Origin: Tubulanus polymorphus | Taxonomy: Eukaryota; Animalia; Nemertea | NCBI RefSeq assembly: GCF_964204645.1 | Contig: NC_134030.1 | Coordinates: 1,533,355-1,597,354, forward strand | DNA length: 64,000 nucleotides | Direction: 5' to 3' | Part shown: piece by piece, positions 48,701 to 62,000 of the stretch | Layout: each line of letters begins with the position of its first letter | Numbering within the stretch: the first letter of the stretch is position 1 | Translations under genes and position numbers: made by a program | The notes under the pieces: model-generated | The model's database searches: none | Seen by the model: only the letters and a program-made list of their open reading frames with translations | Told to the model about the DNA's origin: nothing

Positions 48701-51700
48701 TACAATCTACAGTTTCAGACCAATTTACCAATTACTTATTCTGTGGTTTCATAATGGTAAGAGGATGAGCCTTATTGTTTTTGACATATATAGGTCATCC
48801 AAGATGGCCGCCACAGCCATTTCAATGTGTAAAATAGCCATTTTGAAGCTTGTTACCGCTCTACGGACTTAAGTTTTAAGCTTAAGACTTAAGATGGCCA
48901 CCACAGTTATATCAATGTCTTAAATCTTATCCGATTTGGAGCTTGTTACTGCTCTAAGATGTAGAGGTTTAGAGGTTTATAATTTCATTCATACTTGTAC
49001 TGTGGTTTATTTATGGTGGTCAGAGGATGAGCCCTATTACAATTTGCATTCTCTACTTGACTCACTGGTCAAGGGTTAATATCTAGTTTGATAAATGTGG
49101 AGCATGTCGGTGAATCAATGTCTGATGTCAATCGTCAGCAGTTTCAATGGAATGGGCTCGATTAGGTGTGGAACAAGTGGAATCCTCGATTGCCACAGTC
49201 GAACCTAGAGTATTAAGAGCTCAATTAGGTTCTTCTTTGCGTCTCTTCTCCGGTTGGAGTGCTCCAGTTTCCACCGAATGGAGGAAGATTCGAGATGTGC
49301 AGATTCAAGTCCACCATGCGGACTCCGGCTCCGGCTCCGGCAGCTCAAGGTTCAGCCCGAACTCACACAATGCCATCTCAAGCATCCGTACTTTCTCAAG
49401 CGGCTACTAATGCTGTTTGGAGAACAAGTGCACAGCTCCAACATTCTCGTGCCCCTTCTGGTCAGAATAATTCTAGTTCATATCGGGGAATGCTCCTAAA
49501 AGGAGCTCTTCCTCTCGGAGAAACTCAAAATGAATGCTCGGGGCCAGTGAGAGGTTGTCTATAACGAGCAGCCACCTACTGATCCGGCGTTCCCGGGTCG
49601 TATCACGGCGGCTACTGTCTTCAATTCTGAACACCTCCCGACATGCGCCCGAAAGCAGGTCACGAGACACTAATCTCGTCAGCTCTCAAAGATCTGGCCA
49701 AAAAGAGAGCAATAGAACCAGTACGGGACGAAGCCACATCCGGCTGGTTTTCATGAATATTTATGCTCCTGAAGACCACAGGGCGTCGATGGACTGTCAT
49801 TCCTCGAGCGGCACCTGGATATCCCGAGGCTTCCGATGACTAAAACAGGGAGGTAATTCAAGGTCTCCGCCGAGGTTAATGGGCGGCTTCATTGGACCTG
49901 AAAGATGTCAGGTTCCTATTCACCCGAAATCTCATCAATTTCACAGAATGAAGTGGAAACGCCGCCAGTTCCAGTTCAGGTCTCTTCCAGTCGGCCTCAG
50001 TACAGCCCACGCCCTGGGTATTTACCAGCTTGGGTCAAGTCCAGAAGGTACACTACACTCCAGGGCTGGGTTTCATAGATATGGAAGAAAAATAATTCCA
50101 GGGAACATTTTGAAATTTGTCAGTTATAACCATGGTTTCTCATTGTTAGTATGGTGGTTGAGGATTTATCCCTTTGGATAACTTTGATACTCAGTCTATG
50201 AAACCGGGTCCTGGAGTATTTGTCTGTTGGTTTACCTCGACGACTGGTTACTAGTACCAAACTCGACTATAGAATGTCAGGAGGCGGTGACCGCTGTCGA
50301 CCGCTGTCGTAGACTTAGTTCACCAGTTCCGCGTAAACTAAGTAAAATCTCACTTGATGCCGTCCCAACAGTTCACATCTCCGGATCAGCACGGTCTTTC
50401 CGTCCATGGCTCGAGTAGCCAAACTTCAAGAAGCGTAGTTACCACAAACGAGAGGACAGCTAGTTATCGGTGACGCCTGTGGCTAAATGCAATACCGCAC
50501 TGCCAGGGGTCGTATCTCTGGCTATCTACACATTCAGAGAATATTAACTAAAACCATAGGAAAGGGTCAAGCACTACTCCGAAAAAAAACTAATTTTATT
50601 TCCAAAAAATTATGATATTATATGGATTGCATGCTGTGTGGAAGAAGTTTTCAAAATTATTTAGGAGCTTATTATAATTTGAATGCATGAATTGAGAGCA
50701 ATTTGAAATGTGTTGATATCCGAAAGTGTTTCCATTGACTTCACTCATTCACCTGATGAAGCTTCTATACATTAGTACCCAAAGCTTGTGTGTCAAATAA
50801 ACTAGTTACACGTCCTATAAAGTACTACTTGTCTCGTTATATATTCTAAACCCCAGTTAACAATTCCAGTAAGTCAGGTTTAGGGAATAGATATTTAAAC
50901 CTTGAGATGATACCGATGTGATACAATTCCAGTAACTCAGGTTTAGGGAATAGATATTTAAACCTTGAGATGATACCGATGTGATACAATTCCAGTAAGT
51001 CAGGTTTAGGGAATAGATATTTAAACCTTGAGATGAAACCGATGTGATACAATCCCAGTAAGTCAGGTTTAGGGAATAGATATTTAAACCTTGAGATGAT
51101 ACCGATGTTATACAATTCCAGTAAGTCAGGTTTAGGGAATAGATATTTAAACCTTGAGATGAAACCGATGTGATACAATTCCAGTAAGTCAGGTTTAGGG
51201 AATAGATATTTAAACCTTCAGATGATACCGATGTGATACAATTCCAGTAAGTCAGGTTTAGGGAATAGATATTTAAACCTTCAGATGATACCGATGTAAT
51301 ACAATTCCAGTAAGTCAGGTTTAGGGAATAGATATTTAAACCTTGAGATGATACCGATGTTATACAATTCCAGTAAGTCAGGTTTAGGGAATAGATATTT
51401 AAACCTTGAGATTAAACCGATGTAATACAATTCCAGTAAGTCAGGTTTAGGGAATAGATATTTAAACCTTCAGATGAAACCGATGTGATACAATCCCAGT
51501 AAGTCAGGTTTAGGGAATAGATATTTAAACCTTCAGATGATACCGATGTGATAAAATTCCAGTAAGTCAGGTTTAGGGAATAGATATTTAAACCTTCAGA
51601 TGAAACCGATCTGATACAATTCCAGTAAGTCAGGTTTAGGGAATAGATATTTAAACCTTGAGATGAAACCGATGTTATACAATTCCAGTAAGTCAGGTTT

Positions 51701-54700
51701 AGGGAATAGATATTTAAACCTTGAGATTAAACCGATGTAATACAATTCCAGTAAGTCAGGTTTAGGGAATAGATATTTAAACCTTCAGATGATACCGATG
51801 TAATACAATTCCAGTAAGTCAGGTTTAGGGAATAGATATTTAAACCTTCAGATGATACCGATGTGATACAATTCCAGTAAGTCAGGTTTAGGGAATAGAT
51901 ATTTAAACCTTCAGATGAAACCGATGTAATACAATTCCAGTAAGTCAGGTTTGATATTTAAACCTTGAGATGATACCGATGAATTTAGCAATTTTGAATG
52001 AATTAAACCAATATGAGATTTCGATCCTAAGAATATTGGAAGCTTGTGTTTAACGTTACTAAATATTAATATTATATAAAGCTAGAAGGACACGAGCGTA
52101 TCCATTTTTCGCCCGATCGCGACGATTAAATTCGCCGGTGAATTTATACGCCCGATACGAGCGGGTACCGATCTATCTATAAATCGGCCATCACGGTGAT
52201 TTCGTCGCCCGCCGACATTAAACATGTTCGATATTTACGCCGGTGTTCGGGTCACTTGTTAATTCGCTCGGCTTGTCGGCAAGCTTAAAAAGATTTAGAA
52301 AAAACTAGAAATTCTCATTCCTGAATGAACTGGATTCATCTGGGTTCAGTTTCATGAGACACAGTTCAAACTGCTCTAGAATTTGAGTTTGTAATTAATG
52401 TATGTGATTATAATGAATTGTATTTTTGTTTTACAGCTTTGGCATTTCGGTTAAGTCGTGCGTTCCGGCGGGAGGAGTTCGTCAGAATATTTCTACCGGA
52501 GTGTAAGTAGTTTAACTATTTTCATACAATATCATTTAGTGTGACGTGTGTTACTGATTCAGGCACGGATCCAGGAATGTTTCCAAGACGGGGTTCATAA
52601 AAATGCTGACTAAAATCTCTAATAATAGCCGGGGCCTATACGGCATATTTTTTGGCCAAACATAAGGCCTTTTTTTAATAGCATGGTTTGGTTGCTCCCA
52701 AAATTTGAAGAAACATAAAATAAAAAAGAATTAGAAAAAAAATTTTTTATTCCTGTCTGTGAAACAAATTCAGTGAAAAACCGAGCAAAAAAGATTTTTC
52801 ACCTCGGCCGAATGAGAATCCTGGATTGAACGATGAAACAATTGAAAAACGCGAGGTTCTTTTTTGATCGCAGTGTGCAGAATTCAAACTTTCCAAGAAT
52901 CATTTGTTCGGACATATGTATATTGCCCTATTGACAGTTCCCTCTTCCTTCTAAAAGTGATTTTATCTCACTGAGGGAATTTTTAAAAAATTTTCTCTGA
53001 AATGATATGGTAGCGTTTTTTTTTTTGCTTTAAAAATTTTTTGGTAGCCGATCAGCGGGGTCACGACCCCTGAAACCCTCCCTGGATCCGCGCCTATGAT
53101 ATCTCCTCAAAATCTAATAAAAACTTTCAATGAATTAATGCTGTAATGACGATATGTAGCCATCTGTCTATTTGAATGCATTTGCAAAAAGACAAAAAGA
53201 AATAGTAGCAGAATTTTGGCTAAAAGTTTAGAATACCCAAATTCAACATTGCTTGCAGCAGACGGAATTTCCGCCATTTTGGTTAACAGGGGATTCCCCC
53301 CTCCGGTACTTCCCATGATCAATAGTGTCTATGACGCGTTGCGTACGGAATGCCATGGAATTCCCTCACATGATTTATGATAATAATGTTTACTTGCATT
53401 CTGATTGGTTAAAATCGCGTGTAGTTTGAACGTAGGCAATGTTTACATTTGTAACGTCACCGGCGAGTCGCTGACATTAACGTAGTCATTGAGTTAACAT
53501 TATCTTGCACTGAATGGTGATATCAATCGCATTCATTTTATAAATATTTTGAATATGAATTTGTTTTTATATATCAACTGCGAGTAACAGTGTTACGCTA
53601 TTGAGTCTTAAGAGACAGCCTTTATGGACCTTATTGGTTGTTATAACTCACAAGCTGACTGAGTTAGCATTCTGGATCCGTCAGATTAGTTACTTCTAGA
53701 AAATATGTTAGTCACATTTTCTGACTATATTCTGGAAAACAGTGGAAGCTTGTATCCACCCTAGATTAGAACCAATCAGAATAGAACCAATCCGAATACA
53801 CTATTTTACAGAAAATGTATTTATGACAATTGCGTAAGGTTTTAGTAAAATAGTGTTTTTTCTCGAGTAGTTGCCGAAGAAGCATAAAAATTTGATTCAA
53901 TTTCATTCAGATTTAAACAAACAAATCGAATTTCATTTCATTCAGCGCAAACTTCAAATCTAATTAAAATTTTGTTCAGTATGAATAAGTTGCAAATCAT
54001 TGAGAGGAAAAAATAATTAATTGTGTTACTTAAAAAAATCACAATTGTACTGTGTTTATCAAAACAGGAGACCACAGGACCTTTGGTCCTCTAGTATTCT
54101 TTTCCTAGTTATTCCAAAAACACTAAAACAGTCCAATCAGCGATCGCTGCCAGACCAACACGATTACATTGAAATCAAACTTAAGTAACATCAGGCGCCC
54201 CCTGTTGGAATAATATTCATAGCCGTAGCATCGAAACCATTCGACTTGTTGTTTAATGTATTTCTCTCTATTTTTATTTTACAGTGATGAACATTTTAGA
54301 AGACTGTCCGTTTGGGGACTTGGTGGGGGAATTCAAAAGAAACTTGGTTCCCGATAGGATACCACCACCGGTTAATCCTATGTCGCCCGCTGCTGCCCCT
54401 CCCCCACGTCCATTAAATTCGCCTCAGCAGCGGCCTGTCAGACAGCCGCCCCCGGCCGCCACTCGTTCGTCAGACAGAGTCCGGGGACGGCTGTTTGAAG
54501 GAGATCTGACGGAGGTAAGAATCTTTATTTGTTTTCATATTTTATTCAGGATATCAGTTGAAGTTCAGCAAATAAATTACCAGACCTGTAAACAGAAGAG
54601 TAGTTATAAATTTCCATTTGCGGGTAAAACCCCATAGTCGAAAACCTTCGGTTATTGATCTATATCTGCTTAAGACCAATGGTTGTACACACGAGTGCGA

Positions 54701-56041
54701 AAACTTATCGCTCAAACTTTGATTGTATCCATGGTAACGCGTACAGTATACTATGCGTGACTTACCGTTTCCTATCACTGGAATACAATACTGTTTTTGA
54801 CCATGAGCGCCATCTGCGGCGGTCATAACGGACTGACTGGTGATTGGCTGAAATGCTCGTCTACCGTGGTGACGATTATTCGGTGTTACACGTGCAGCAG
54901 ACACGTCTCTGAATATCTAACATTTGATTGTTGTAACTCATCGGGAAAAATATGTTTATGAGTCGATTTTTTGTCGAAATTTTGTTCGGCAGAAAATTGG
55001 CTGCGTACGTCAAGAAGGCGGCTGATATTTGTATCGTGTGACCCCTCGTCCCGGTAATATGCCGACCCACGTACACCTGAGACCAGTTGCATAGTCAGAG
55101 CTTAGAATTAAGACCGTTCTAAGACCAACTTAGTTCTATAGCCAATCTAATAACTTAAGACCAGTCTTTAGATTTAAGACCACTTTTGGACTTAAGTCTT
55201 GACCATGGAATCGGCCCCAGATGCTTATTCCGCTGTATTGGATGCTGACGTGCTCGTGTCTTCCAGCAATGTTGTTATTCACCAAAAATATCATGTTTTG
55301 TTCGAATAACACGATTCATCTGAGTCTGGGTTTAACGGATGACACGTTCAAACAGAACTACGAAATCAATATCAGAAGTCCTTTTATATTGAAACGGTCC
55401 CAGAAGTCCCTGTTATAATGGGTACTTTTTCAAAAAAAGTAACGAGAACTCCGATGGTTTTCCGTATCGGTAAAAACTAACTATTTCTATGAGCGTCACT
55501 CGTAGATTTACCGAAACGCCACCTTGTGACACGATATCCTAACTACGTATAGGTGTTTTATTTGCTGAATCGCTGGTTTCTCATTCTCATTTTTTATACT
55601 TGTGTTTAATTTTATACTAAACAAATTTTTCACTTTTTCTCTTTACAGACACGACCACCGCCAAAAAAAACTAGAACAAAAAGGAAAAGAAAAGTTGCGG
55701 TCGTCGTGGCTCCGCAGGGAGGAGGAGCAAGAGTGGTCCCGGCGGATGGTGCGGCTGACGAAGGTAATCGGGAGGAAGGGGAGGGGATAAATAGGAAGCG
55801 GCCGAGGAGGGATGGTGGTGGGGCTGGGGATGGTGCGGGTCCTGCTCCTCCTGCTCCTCCATCCGTATCTCGGGCGGTCACTCGTTCACTCGCCAAAAAG
55901 CTGGCGAGTGAACGAGTGGCCCGAGAGGTAGAGGTGGTGGCCCGACATACGGATGGAATGTGGGAGGAGCGGCTTCGTTCGGGGACAATTCCGGATTTGT
56001 TAACCGATTTGAAAAATATTCTTTCAGTGAAGGGATATTAG
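39742..56041 (+). CDS. Spliced micro-exon gene, copy B; 338 aa paralog
   Basis: Exons 39742-39804, 40965-41048, 41460-41498, 41875-41901, 43794-43832, 44043-44118, 52437-52502, 54285-54514, 55649-56041; all splice sites intact. Differs from copy A by about 9 synonymous changes, T>S, I>N, Q>E and an in-frame 6-nt deletion in the Ser tract. Confidence 0.85.
44210..50430 (+). mobile_element. Decayed DIRS-type retrotransposon, copy B
   Basis: Same gag (from 44586) and RT remnants (49540-50330) as copy A. Confidence 0.8.
46317..47522. mobile_element. hAT5-like element, copy B
   Basis: Same TIRs and CTGAA TSD as 13545-14752. Confidence 0.85.
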
Positions 56042-59000
56042 GTGCCTTGAACGCATGAGTCGTTCATGTGCGCCTAATATTCCTTCACTGAAAAAAAATC
56101 AACTATAACATGTACCACATATTTTTTGATTTAGTTTTAGTCCAATTCCACAATTATTTCGGCTTACAATAGTGTCTTCAATTCTTTAAAGCCCAAAGCA
56201 CCTTTTTGACTCAACATCCAGTATGAAGGTGGCCGGGAATCGGGCCTGTTTTCTTCCATTTTTGTATCCCGCCCAGCATACTGGTTGTTGACTCGAAAAG
56301 GTGCTCGCTCTGGGAGCTTATCAAAGGCAGGTGATGGGAAAGGTGCCATCACACACTCTCCTTTGATAAGTTTCCTAGAGTGTCACGGGCTTTAACGGGT
56401 TGAATTCACTATAATACCAATTTTCCAAAATCAATTTAATTTCTTTCAGGCCATTCTTTTTCCATGTTTTTCTGGTACATGTTATGGTTGATTTCCATTT
56501 TCGAAAATCCGGAATTGAAGCCGTTCGAAGTCGGGGGGATGGTGGTGGGGTTGGGTTAGTTTAGGGTTCCTCTCTGATTACCTTCTTTAGCTCATCATCC
56601 GTGCAGGTGGCGCTTGCTCTTCTAGCCGGTGTTCCCTGGGGTAAACATTTTAAATTTAAAAAATCAAAAATAAAAAAAAATTATAAAATCTTTAAAAATC
56701 TCATCTCATTTCATCCAATTTATTTATTTGCGGGTGCGATGCCTATCGCACCCATTCATGTCATCCATCAAAAAAAAAATTAAAACTAAAAACGAAAAAA
56801 AATATAAAAATTTAAAAAATCTCATCTCATTTCATCCAATTTATTTGCGGGTGCGATTCCTATCGCACCCATTCATGTCATTCATCCAAAAAAATAAAAA
56901 ACTAAAAACGAAAAAAAAATATAAAAATTAAAAAAATCTCATCTCATTTCATCCAATTTATTTATTTGCGGGTGCGATCCCTATCGCACCCATTCATGTC
57001 ATTCATCAAAAAAAAATTAAAACTAAAAACGAAAAAAAATATAAAAATTTAAAAAATCTCATCTCATTTCATCCAATTTATTTATTTGCGGGTGCGATTC
57101 CTATCGCACCCATTCATGTCATTCATCCAAAAAAAAATTTAAAAACTAGAAATTAAAGTTCTAAGTTTGTTGTTAGATTCTATTGAAAGAACGTTGTAAA
57201 GTTCTTAATTTGTCGTAAAAAACGTTAGAAAAAAAGAACTTCTTAAAGTTCTCAATCTGCCGTAAAATGCAATTGAAAAGATTATAACTCACATGAAAAT
57301 TAAAAAGATAAAATAATTGATAAATAATCATTAATAAAAATTGAACTTTGGTCTCGCAATGTTTCCCCGTTATGCATTTTTTACACGTCGTCAAACATCG
57401 GCAGCTCATCGTCGATACTCGCAGCTCGATACACACCAGCAGCTCGTCGTCGATACACACCAGCAGCTCGATACACACCAGCAGCTTGTCGTCGATACTC
57501 ACCAGCAGCTCGATTCACACCAGCAGTTCGTCGTTGATACACACCAGCAGTTCGTCGTCGATACACACCAGCAGTTCGTCATCGATACACACCAGCAGTT
57601 CGTCGTCGATACACACCAGCAGCTCGATACACACCAGCAGTTCGTCATCTATACACACCAGCAGTTTGTCGTCGATACACACCAGCAGTTTGTCGTCGAT
57701 ACACACCAGCAGTTTGTCGTCGATACACACCAGCAGTTCATCGTCGATACACACCAGCAGTTCGTCGTCGATACACACCAGCAGTTCGTCGTCGATACAC
57801 ACCAGCAGCTCGATACTCACAGCTCGATACACACCAGCAGCTCGTCGATACACACCAGCAGCTCGATACTCACCAGCAGCTCGATACACACCAGTAGCTC
57901 GTCGTCGATACTCACCAGCAGCTCGATACACACCAGCAGCTCGTCGTCGATACACACCAGCAGCTTGATACCAAAACAGCTTTTAGCTGGTGAAAACCTA
58001 CCCCCCATCGGGGTTAAACATGATCAAGCTATTATTCTAGGAATATAACTGTTGCAAGGGAAGTTAAGATTCATTAACCTAAACTTGATACAAAGAGATA
58101 ATTGCTAATTATGAATTTCAAGGGTTTAAAAACTGATTTAAAAATCTTGAGAGACGCTCGGTCTCACTAGAGATTTTCATCTTAAAGATTTATTGTCCTC
58201 TTACTATTGTTTTGGTGATCTATAATTTGGTAAATGCTGCTGTTGGAAAGATGCCAGAAGAAAGTTGATTCGTGCACATCTTCACTTCACGTATTTATTG
58301 CACAAGGCGCCGACTTGCACCTGCACTATACCATTCACACTTCACCACTTCTGCATCTTTATCAATTAATTCTGGCATCTATTTGAAAATTACTTTAAAC
58401 ATCAGATCTCAAACTGAAACATTGAGGTATTGAATTTCAAACTGAAATATCGAGCTATCGAATCTCGATCTCAAATGTTTACTGGAAGCCATATTTGATG
58501 TTGTATTATTCATCATAGATTGTTTAGTGTTTTCTGGCATATGCGGGCCATTTAAGATGGTCAGATAAATTCCCCGGTGGAAAATATATCTCGTGGAAGA
58601 GTCATGGAAATGAAAAATATCTTATGTAGATGTGAAGTTAGGAACCTTGCAACAGTTATTCCACCTGAGGATAATTTGATATAAGATGAATCAGTTATTG
58701 GATCATTTAACTGAAGCCAAATATAGTGAAAAATCTTAGTAAAAATTTGTCTCAAACTACAATTGAAAGGACTTATCACAGTTCTAATTCGACTCTAGGT
58801 GCGTTCAGAAGAACTTCTTAACAGTGAAAAAACTTGACTAAAAATCAGGAATCGACCCTGTTCATTGATAAGATTTGATCTTTATTTGAAGATTAAGAAT
58901 CAAACTCGCTAATTCACAATTTTTGGTAGTAAATACTGTTGATCCATCATACTCGCAGCCCCCCGTGGGCTTACCAATCCATCATACGTGCAGCCACCTT

Positions 59001-62000
59001 GCGCTTACCAGTCTATCATACTCGCAGCCCCAGTGGGCTTACCAATCCATCATACGTGCAGCCACCTTGCGCTTACCAGTCTATCATACTCGCGGCCCCA
59101 GTGGGCTTATCAATCCATCATACGTGCAGCCCCCGTGGGCTTACCAGTCCATCATACTCGCAGCCCCAGTGGGCTTATCAATCCATCATACGCGCAGCCC
59201 CCTTGGGCTTATCAATGAGAAACATTCAGACATAGTAACCGTTTTACTCGTGCTTTTCAACGACACCGTCTTATCACTCTGTAGAACGGCGATCGCAGCG
59301 TGAAATTTGTAATCGTATTTCTCCGCTGAATTTGAATATTTGATACGCGACGCGCGTGATTGAAGCTTTGTTTATGTTCGTGCTTGCCGCGATGAATTGT
59401 CATAAATATATCCTCCGTACAGGAGGACCATGAAAAGGTTTGAAGGGATCCCTAGTTAGCGCTTGTCCAGGTTTGGCTCTGGACCCGCTTGTTCGACTAG
59501 GCATCTTGTTGGAAATTTTGTCGACTGAAACTTCCGTAACTTTCGTTTTAGACCTCGCTGCTCGAAGAGCCGTTGCTGCGTCGGTTACTGTCATGCTTCG
59601 GCACAATTTTGAACGATTGTTGGAAACCGCCTTGTTCTTCTGCTGCAGATGTTGACTGTGTCGTACCCACAGTAAAGTAGCCATCTTAAATTCAAATAGT
59701 TTCGGACATTTGAGGTCCTCATCAACTCCGAGTCTTCATTCAACTGCAGTTACTGCCATTTGCCAGTGTCTGATGTAGAAGTTCTGACTTGACATTTTGA
59801 TTTTCAGAATTAAAACCTTTTTTCTATTAAAGAAATTAGATATTGGTTAAAAAACAAGTGAATAATTGTTTGTAAGAAAAAAGAAAATCATGTTAGAAAA
59901 AAATATAGATGTAAAAAAATATAGATGTAAGAAAAAAAAAGTATATTGTAAATCGACGAGACGACAGAACCAGCATCAGCAACAACAACATCAGAGGAAG
60001 CAGTAACCAGTTATTTATCAGCTCCATAAATTACTGAAACGAAATCCACAACTCGGAAACCAACCACACTCAACTCTAGAATTGTTCATACAACTGTCAA
60101 CATGGAGTTCATCTCACAAGCAAATTAGGTAATTATCTTATGAAATTGTATGAATTGCCAATTTAACATTTTTGCATTTCAAGTAGGTGTAATTGAATGT
60201 TTGTCAACCTTACTCTTATAAAACTGTGTTAACCGTTGAACAGGATTCTAAGACTGTGCAGAAAACCCGTTATCGCTGCTTTGCAGCTATAATTATCTGA
60301 TAAATTAGTATGGAATGCCAATTTTACATTTTTGCATTTAAGTTTAAGTGAGTTTAAAATCACGTTTCATTTGTTGTTTATTTTGTCTTTTCAGTTTTCA
60401 ATTTGCCGAGATCAGTCGTCAAAAACTGTTACAACGGAAACTAAGATAACAAAGACTTGATTTGGCAAAGATTGAAGAAATCCTGCGAAAAGATTATTCA
60501 TGAATTGTTCATACAACTGTCAACATGGAGTTCATCTCACAAGCAAATTAGGTAATTATCTTATGATTTTGTATGAAATGCTAATTTTTACTCGTTAATT
60601 TTTTACAAATAAGTTGACTTTGAAATCTTTATTAATTTCTTGTTTATTTTGTTTTTTCAGTTTTCAATTTGCCGAGATCAGTCATCAAAAACTGTTACAA
60701 CGGAAACTAAGATAAAAAAGACTTGATTTGGCAAAGATTGAAGAAATCCTGCGAAAAGCTTATTCATGAATTGTTCATACAACTGTCAACATGGAGTTCA
60801 TCTCACAAGCAAATTAGGTAGTTATCTTATGATTTTGTATGAAATGCTAATTTTACATTTTTGCATTTAAGTTTAAATGAGTTTAAAATCATGTTTCATT
60901 TGTTGTTTATTTTGTCTTTTCAGTTTTCAATTTGCCGAGATCAATCGTCAGAAAACTGTTTCAACGGAAACTAAGATAACAAAGACTTGATTTGGCAAAG
61001 ATTGAAGAAATCCTGAGAAGAGATTATTCATGAATCATATAACTGTCAACATGGAGTTCATCTCACAAGCAAATTAGGTAATTATCTTATGATTTTGTAT
61101 GAAATGCTAAATTTTACTCGTTATTTTTTTACTAATAAGTTGACTTTGAAATCTTTATTTATTTCTTGTTTATTTTGTCTTTTCAGTTTTGAATTTGCCG
61201 AGATTCACATGTAGCAGATATAATGGAATTAAGTATTGAGAACCGCAACTTAACAATAAACCGGATCAACTTAATATAGTGCTGAGGACCAAAAATAAAG
61301 GATAAACCCGACCAGTGTAATTCAGTGTCGAGAACCGCAGTTAAACGATGAACCCGACCAGTGTAATTCAGTGTCGAGAACCGCAGTTAAACGATGAACC
61401 CGACCAGTGTAATTCAGTATTGAGAACCACAATTAAACGATGAACCCGACCAGTGTGATTCAGTGTCGAGAACCACAATTAAACGATGAACCGGACCAGT
61501 GTAATTCAGTGTTCAGAGCCGCAGTTAAACAATGAACCGGACCAGTGTAATTCAGTGTCGAGAACCGCAATTAAACGATGAACCGGACCAGTGTAATTAA
61601 GTGTCGAGAACCACAATTAAACGATGAACCGGACCAGTGTAATTAAGTGTCGAGAACCACAATTAAACGATAAACCGGACCAGTGTAATTCAGTGTCGAG
61701 AACCGTAATTAAACGATGAACCGGACCAGTGTAATTCAGTTTCGCAATAACCGCAATAAAACGATAATCTGGAGTTGTAATAGTGTTGTGTATTTGCGTA
61801 GTGGATCAAGTGGAAGGATTTTAAGTGTATTTGGTGACTTTAATTCGTTCGCATCCAACAGAATCAACAAAGACATTACAAAAAACGACAAAAAATGATT
61901 GAATGTAAATGCATTGAATTTAGGTTTGATGATCAAGATAATCACTGATCAAGATTGACAGTTATAATCCATAATTGTTGAACTTGATCAGAGATTTTCA

